Assembly: GCF_964204645.1 (NCBI RefSeq)
Contig: NC_134027.1
Location: forward strand, 1,706,485-1,770,484
Length of the DNA stretch: 64,000 nt
Direction: 5' to 3'
Origin: Tubulanus polymorphus
Lineage: Eukaryota; Animalia; Nemertea
Below, piece by piece: positions 56,791 through 64,000 of this stretch. The stretch's first letter is position 1. Every line of letters begins with the position of its first letter. The position numbers and the translations under genes are program-made. The notes below the pieces were generated by a model. That model was given only the letters and a program-made list of their open reading frames with translations. It made no database searches and was not told the origin of the DNA.

Positions 56791-59700
56791 ACAATAGCAT
56801 TGTATATAGAGATATCTTGCTATATAATGATGATATAAGGAAGATAGAAAGGATTGAAATGTTGTGTTAGTAAACAGTACCCATTGCTCCCATACAGCGG
56901 TCCAGTGGTTTATTTTTAACTGTCAGTTTACACATAGATCGGAAAAAATTCCCCTTACGTTTACCTAACCTTCAACTCAACTCATAATAACAGGGTTCGT
57001 GCTAGTCCGGAAAATGTTGGAAAAGTTACGGAAATTAGTAATTATTTTTCATCAAATGTTGGAAAAGTTAGGAAATTTTCAGTGTTCTGTCTGAAGCTAT
57101 GAAAATGTCGTCCCGAGAATTATATAATGTGGTTTTAGTAAGGTAGACGTAGTATTTGTTTTCATAAACTGCCTTTGTGTCCCTCATTAAGTAGCTATAG
57201 AAATTTGAAAATCAATTATGATTTAAAGCCTTTTTTTATTCCAGAATGATATCTATGAAGTTAGTATCACGGTATCAGTGTCCGATGATATCTCGTGATC
57301 ACCTGCAGGAAACTATTACAAACATTCTAATTAGACTTATGTATATATTTATAATATCGGATGAACATGATTAATCAAATCACACAGAACAAAGAATTCA
57401 CTTCATTCTCGGTCAATCTGTTGAATATTTAGATCATTTCAGAAATTTTATCGCATCAAAAAATGTCGCCTGGATTGTGGCTAGTGATGATCTTATGGGG
57501 TCAGTGTGTTGTAGGACTCAGCTGAAGGATTTCTAGGTCCAGTCCATTTTCCTAGTAATCTCACCTAGATCAGACAAATATTTTATCCGGAAAAGTCTTA
57601 AGTAAAGGATATAATATTTCTCAAGTTGGCTGCGTTGTTGATTTATCGTTCAAGAAAAAATGAAAAATACTCTGACCGAAGTCGGACGTTTGCCGGTTTC
57701 AACTTCTCCGACTTTCACTCGATGCCTGTATTATAATACTAGTATAGTTAATTCGTGTAGCGTTAATTATCTGGTGACCAGCAGTTACTATTCAGTGATA
57801 GAATTCATCATGGTTTGATAATTATACTCAATAACCTGTTGTCTTGTAACGTGTAACTGCTGTAAGTTTGAAATCTGCTGACGGATATTTCTAATGACAT
57901 TCGATTTATTGCGGTTTTGTGATTGAGACATGTCTATAAATGTAGTAGTATTGCGCGTATCAGATCTTTAGAGAAGGAACCATTTCCATAGTCGTTGGTT
58001 AAAAATCTGGCTCTGAATTCATTGAAAATGAACTAAGGAAACTGGATACAGAATCTTTACGAATCTGACGTATGTTGAATGTAATAGATGGATTATCAAG
58101 GCTCAATATTTATGTGTATCTTCTAGGTATACGAGATCTTTTATTGTCAGTATCCTGTCAGTTTAGTATCTCGGTTTGCCTTCGATTTAAATTCCCAATA
58201 AAAAAAGCAAGAAAAAATTGAATCAAACATCTTCTAATGCGGGGAAATCAGAAATTTCTTGTATCCTGTCGGGATAGTTTTTAGTATCTCAACAATGGAT
58301 TTAGTATCCTCGAGAAAGAGACGTCGAGATGGAGTCCTGATTATAGCGACACTAAAAACTAAGATTATCGTATAGATAAAGCTAAAGATGTTTTGAGTTG
58401 AAACGTGATGTTACGGTGCGTTCCAGTATGAAGAAGTTATCGATCATCGCTGTGTTTTTTAGCTGTGAAATGATATCGGGATTGGTGTTTGCATTGATCT
58501 GTTTGAGAAGAAGAAAGAGTGGAAATGTTTGTGTACATTGCGACGATTCCTCCACGGTTTCTATGAATATCTTCTGGTCGATATTTATGTGGGCCGGAAA
58601 CATTGTTTTCCAATTTCACAGCGTAGAAATACTCGAAAAATTACATTCTGTTTTTCGGGAAAGTTCACATAAGTTTTAGGTTTAGCTGGATATTAACTTC
58701 AATCTATTGCAATGTTTCCCTTTCCTCTAACGTTGCACTTTTAGTCAAACTTGTAGAAACACTTTCAAGCTTCACTTGTTCATTAGAAATAGCGATTGAA
58801 AAATGCCGGGGTCAGGTTCTGGTCAAACAGTCTTAAGAGGCCTTTCTAAGTTCAGCCCTTTCAGTATTTCCTGTGCTTGTTTTGTATAGCCGCCAGTAGT
58901 TTTTAGTGGATTGATTCTTGCGCGTCATTTTTCAAATCTCGTCTCATCGGCTTTTAATCAGCCTTTTCAAATCTTTCAAAATGAAAATGTTTCTCACGTC
59001 GCAAAATACATAGCGTATTGAATGTATGCAGACATTTAGTTGATAGATATATAAGGTTTTCTATGGTTGTTGTCTGTCTACTCGACTCATATAGCTGTAT
59101 GACGTTTAATGTCCACTGGTGACCAACACTGCGATAAGTACACTTGACACTTTTAACGAGACATCGCGAAAACCAGAGTTTCACAGGGAAATGTACACAG
59201 GAAACAGATATAAGAGAGATGCAGGATATAAGCCTGTACCTCGTTCATGTAGTTTTAATCAGTAAATGATTATGAATACAGAGAAGGTGTGTAGATAGAA
59301 GGATTGCTACCTCTCTTTATACTGATATAATACCCACCTGTTTCATTCATAAATAAATGAATCATATTTGTATGAGTTAACACACGTATATATATCAAAT
59401 ATCGGGCATCCGTTTAAAAACTGTTAATCAGCTGTTCTCAGATATGTGTAAACCAACCAGAGAGAGAGATAGTATATCTATTATTTGATCGTATGAAAGA
59501 ATGACCCGGTTTTCGTGTAAGTTATAAATCTTAAATCAGTTCCCCTTTCATTGAGTCTTTGACGTTTCGTTTTATTTCGTCTTTTGAATGCTGTTTAAAT
59601 TTTTCAGAAAATTCTTTTGAACTTGCGCTATCAATAGTGCGACTACGTTTTACTGAAATGTCTGTGAATTTTGTACTTGAAAGATTTCTGTATATTTTCT

Positions 59701-61366
59701 CCTCATAAACGCTACAGTTGTGGTATATATCGCTTGTGATTGGATGAATTTGAAAAATCATTATTTTTTCTCGCCAAAATACCTTCCGGTGCAAAACCAT
59801 CAAAATATTCGTTCAGTGTTAAGATGTTCACTTGACAAAGATCTGAGTTCGCCCTGTGTGTGGTATATAAAGAGTTTCCACTCAGTGGCTCTTGATCTTA
59901 AAAACTCTCAAATAGAATGTCATTCAACCACATTAGGCTTCAGATTCTGTATTATGGTCAAGTGTTTAAGCCAGCGTTCAAGAAAATGATACATTTGTTC
60001 CTGACTATAAATACTATGTATATTCGACAGGATTCAGATGATATTATGTATGAGATATTTTTACAAGTGGGCCTACGCAGTTATTGATGCTCCGTTCAAA
60101 CCTATCGATTTTGGTCTAGACTTGTTATTTTCCACGTGTCTGTCATAATCGATGGAATATCAGTTACTGACTGAACCAATCCCTGTTTATATCGATGTTC
60201 CCGGTATTTTATGATCACTATTTAAGCTGAAATGACAAAATTCACATGATATTATTGCAATACTCAAATGGGACACTAAATGGATCAGTTCCGATGTTCG
60301 TGATGTCATCGTTGCGACATTTTAAGTTCGTTTAGGTGTTTATGTATGAAAGTGTTAAGGGTTGACTGTGAGCATATTATTTTCTTTATTGCATTTCTCT
60401 TTTTTTCTTTTCTCTTTTGAGGGACCTGTTTTATACAAACTATTCCTTAGTTTCTACAGGCCCCTCCAGGTCTAATTTACTGTATTTTGTATTATGCTTT
60501 GTACACTATGCTGTAAATTATATTTGAAAAATAAAGTGTTCAAATCAAATCAAATTTTTGTCCGGGCCTCTTGAAAATAACGGCTATTACGCGAGTGAAG
60601 TCGGTAGAATCAGGATGCATCAAAAACTTCCAGGGCAAACTAATACGCATTCACATCGTTTCCTGTTAACACAGTTTCTTATATTTTTCTAAGTCGTCGA
60701 CTTTTTCTGGTAAGAAAATATTGATATTGTTTGGATTGCGATGGAATCTAGTGAATTTCTGAAAACACTCTCGTCTTCATTCATCGTCGAAACACTTTAG
60801 AAATTCTGACAGCAAATTATTATTGTCGATGAAGTGATCTTAGTTTTGCAGCTAATGGTGAATATTGTGCTGTTACAGATACATGTCAAGTTGAACGCGT
60901 GTCTTTGTATATTGGCACTTGGGTTTTTAGTAACCAAACAGTAATAATCACGATATATGAATCTCCGATGTTGATGAAAACTTATTTCTAGTATGAAATA
61001 CATGTTTCGCATGTGTTAAGTCAGATGTAGGTCGGTCCTAAGACTGCCGGTGATATATCGCAACCTCCAGCGATGATTGAGTGGCGAGGACCCGTCTACC
61101 GGTGACCGTCACTGCCAGACACGCTGCTCTTATTACTGACAGAAGTCACGATCACACGAGCAGTTTTGGCCCACGCTAAATTAGGCCCACATCGTAACGT
61201 TTGTTCACACAGGTGTCAAATGGGCCCATGCTTGTTTCATCCGGGCCAAATGTTTTTAATTGCGACTGGTTCCGGAAATGACTCACTTTGATTTTGTTTG
61301 AGTGAGTGGTTTACTAGACTAGTCGCACACCATTACATCATTGTCTACAGGTTGTAACGGATTGCG

Positions 61367-61452
61367 TCACTAGTCACTCCTACGCCCGTCACTAGTCATT
61401 CCTACCCCCGTCACTAGTCACTCCTACGCCTGTCGCTAGTCACTCCTACGCC
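61367..61452. repeat. 21-bp tandem repeat, ~4 copies
   Basis: Unit gtcactagtcactcctacgcc. Confidence 0.9.
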
Positions 61453-61989
61453 TGCCTTAAAACCCTTTACTTCGTCATCATTTTATTTCTTACAGTAAGA
61501 ATAAGAGATAAATGTGTGTTGCGCGATGAACAAAACCGTCTTGTCATAACGAATAAATGACTTTCACTGATTTACATCTGTGAGAACTGTTAAATAGATT
61601 ACGGCGTGCTGGAGATGAGGGGGAGGGGGAGATGAGGGGAGGGGGAGATGAGGGGAGGGGGAGACGAGGGATGTTCGTGGGATGCAGATAAATCGATATC
61701 TTTCAGAATTCAGAATAGATTGCGCCGATGAGGAGAGGATGTGGAAACATTGAAAAGATGATGAATATCATGATAAAGTGAAAGATGTAGTGATGAAGTG
61801 AAAGATGTTGAAGTACATTTTGAAATAGAGTTTTCATTTTTCTGCCTTAGTGAGTTCCTACCGTGGAAAATCAAAGACAGAAAATAGTATAAACCATGAG
61901 TAATTTAGTGCAGTTTGATATAGAACTAGCACTTTTTGAAAATTATTATATGCCTGCTTGTATTGCTATGGAAAAGTGGTGAAATATGA

Positions 61990-62200
61990 CGAGTTAGGCG
62001 GAGTTCGGCAGAGTTAGGCAGAGTTAGGCAAAGTTAGGCAGAGATAGGCAGAGTTAGGCTGAGTCAGGCAGAGTTAGGCAGGGTCAGGCACAGTTAGGCA
62101 GAATTCGGCAGAGACAGGCAGAGTTAGGCAGGAGTCAGGCAGAGTTAGGCAGAGTTAGGCAGAGTTGGCAGGGTTAGGCTGAGTTAGGCTGAGTTAGGCA
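61990..62200. repeat. 10-bp minisatellite (GAGTTAGGCA)n, ~21 copies
   Basis: Directly visible in the sequence. Confidence 0.95.
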
Positions 62201-62507
62201 TACACTCGTGTTGGTAATATTGAAGTATGCGTCTCATGTACTGTTATATAATATTGTCTTGTAAAGGGGAATGAAGGAATCGTTCAAGATATTGGTTTCC
62301 TTTCAGTGAAGGGCACTTCATTTCTGAATATTTCATTAGATTGCTGCGAAATGAATATACAACCCTGAGAAGGGTGTACCTCAATTCATAATTTATCAGT
62401 TTTCTGTTCTTAATGAAGTAACTGTAAAAAATGAAGTTTGATATTTTTCCATAAAAAGGCCAACTTTTTGGTAAAATCTGAGAAATATCCAACCCATGGG
62501 ATCCAAT

Positions 62508-62572
62508 GCAGGATTTGAACCGGGGACCTTTCACTCCGAAGCCCAGCGTGCAAACCACTAGACCACTGACCT
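62508..62572 (-). mobile_element. tRNA-derived SINE head
   Basis: GTCAGTGGTCTAGTGGTTTGCAC...GGTTCAAATCC. Confidence 0.6.
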
Positions 62573-63341
62573 CGAGTGTTTGTTCCTGTTAGGAAGTTTG
62601 TCTTGTATGAGACCGGTCAATGCCGACCAGTCATGTGTGGAGACTTGGTTGTCAAATACTTCATTAGCAAATTCCCTTTCATTCTGTTTACCTTGAGAAT
62701 TCCACCGCACAATTCTAAATGAATACTTCTAGAATATAATGAGAAAATAAGGATTATGAACTATTACAAAATATCAATAGACTGAACTTCTCTAATTCCA
62801 AGAACTCCATATAATTATTGAAAGATAGAAATAGGTAATAGAAAATGGGAATTAGCGACAAGTTCCCGGTAGTTTCAGGTCTGATACTTCACTGCTTCTC
62901 TAGTCAAGTATTTTACTTGTATCTAAGAGGGAAAGAGAGATGTTATTCCGTCTTATCTTCAATATTATCCGGCGGTTTTTGTATTGTTTTATCCCTGATT
63001 CTCTAAACAGAACAGGTGTTTACTGATGTTGTATTTACGTCATTCCTCTCAATACCAGACTGATCGCGGCTATTCCGATCTCTCTTCCTCCCTTCTCTCT
63101 CTCTCTCTATCTGTGCTTCAGAGAAGACTTCATTGTGAGAAAGTGAGAGGAAATCATGAATTCTTCACCTGGTTAACCAATGTATTCGCTTGACTTGTGT
63201 AAGCCGAGATAACGATACTGTGGAATTTAACAGTATACGATGTATCAGTTCATGGTTAAGGTCGTAGATCTTTAGGGTATACATAAGTAGATATCCATTT
63301 AAATATTTTGATATTGAACTGAATTTATTGAGAATGAATTT

Positions 63342-63880
63342 GGGAGAGGAGAGAGTGAGAGGGGAGGGGAGAGGGAGAAGAGAGAGTGAGAGGGGAGGGG
63401 AGAGGGAGTGAGAGGGGAGGGGAGAGGAGAGAGAGGAGAGAGTGAGATGGGAGAGAATGAGAGAGGAGAGAGAGAGAGAGGAGAGAGAGAGTGAGATAGG
63501 AGAGAGAGTGAGAGAGAGAGAGTGAGAGGGGGAGAGAAAGCAGAGAGGGAGAGTGAGAGAGGAGAGTGAGAGAGAGTGAGAGAGAGTGAGGGGTAGAGAG
63601 GAGAGGGAGTGCGAGGGGAGAGAGAGTAGAGAGGGAGAGTGAGAGGGGACGGAGAGGAGAGTGAGAGTGAGGGGGAGAGAGGAGAGAGAGGGAGTGCGAG
63701 GGGAGAGAGAGCAGAGAGTGAGAGTGAGAGGGGAGAGAGAGAGTGAGAGCGAGAGGGGAGAGAGTGAGAGGGAGAGTGAGAGGGGAGAGAGAGTGAGGGG
63801 GAGAGAGGAGAGAGAGTGAGGGGGAGAGGGAGAGTGAGAGGAGAGAGAGAGTGAGGGGAGAGAGGAGAGAGTGAGAGGGA
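63342..63880. repeat. ~540-bp polypurine (GA-rich) tract
   Basis: Almost exclusively A/G on the + strand. Confidence 0.95.
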
Positions 63881-64000
63881 CCTGTTGAAGTTCACCTGAT
63901 CTCTAGATGTTTCAATCTATAATTTGTAATTCTATTTCACAGCTCTGAACCTGATATACCATGTTTACCTGTATTCATACCTTACAGCATTCGACATACA

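Noticed and set aside
61990-62200. TTAGG(C)-containing array as an interstitial telomere
   Set aside because: The period is 10 bp (GAGTTAGGCA), not a 5- or 6-bp telomeric unit.

Overview
This is AT-rich, gene-dense animal genomic DNA with short GT-AG introns; an invertebrate, possibly lophotrochozoan, origin is an inference only. In order, the window holds: the 5' part of VIRMA (-, runs off the left edge); a ~13 kb repeat-rich block with a candidate multi-exon lncRNA, nested inverted repeats, LINE/SINE/MITE debris and a Penelope-type hammerhead motif; Aurora kinase (-); two tandem coactosin-like genes (+); an intronless peptide-receptor-like GPCR (-); GEN1 (-); a glutaredoxin-fused thioredoxin reductase (TGR, +); NF-YB (-, with a U12 intron); UBL4A (+); SLC25A26 (-); CMC2 (+); tRNA-Ile(AAT) (-); and exons 1-3 of an MTSS1/MIM gene followed by a long intron. 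The top observation is the TGR. It appears to be a selenoprotein (in-frame UGA plus a type II SECIS), but its C-terminal redox centre reads Gly-Cys-Gly-Gly-Sec-Gly (CxxU) instead of the canonical adjacent Gly-Cys-Sec-Gly, and a long hairpin starts right after the stop codon. The second observation is a 2.7 kb VIRMA exon encoding a very large Arg-Ser-Pro repeat domain. Gene calls rest on my recognition of translated motifs, not database searches, and exon coordinates were read by hand.
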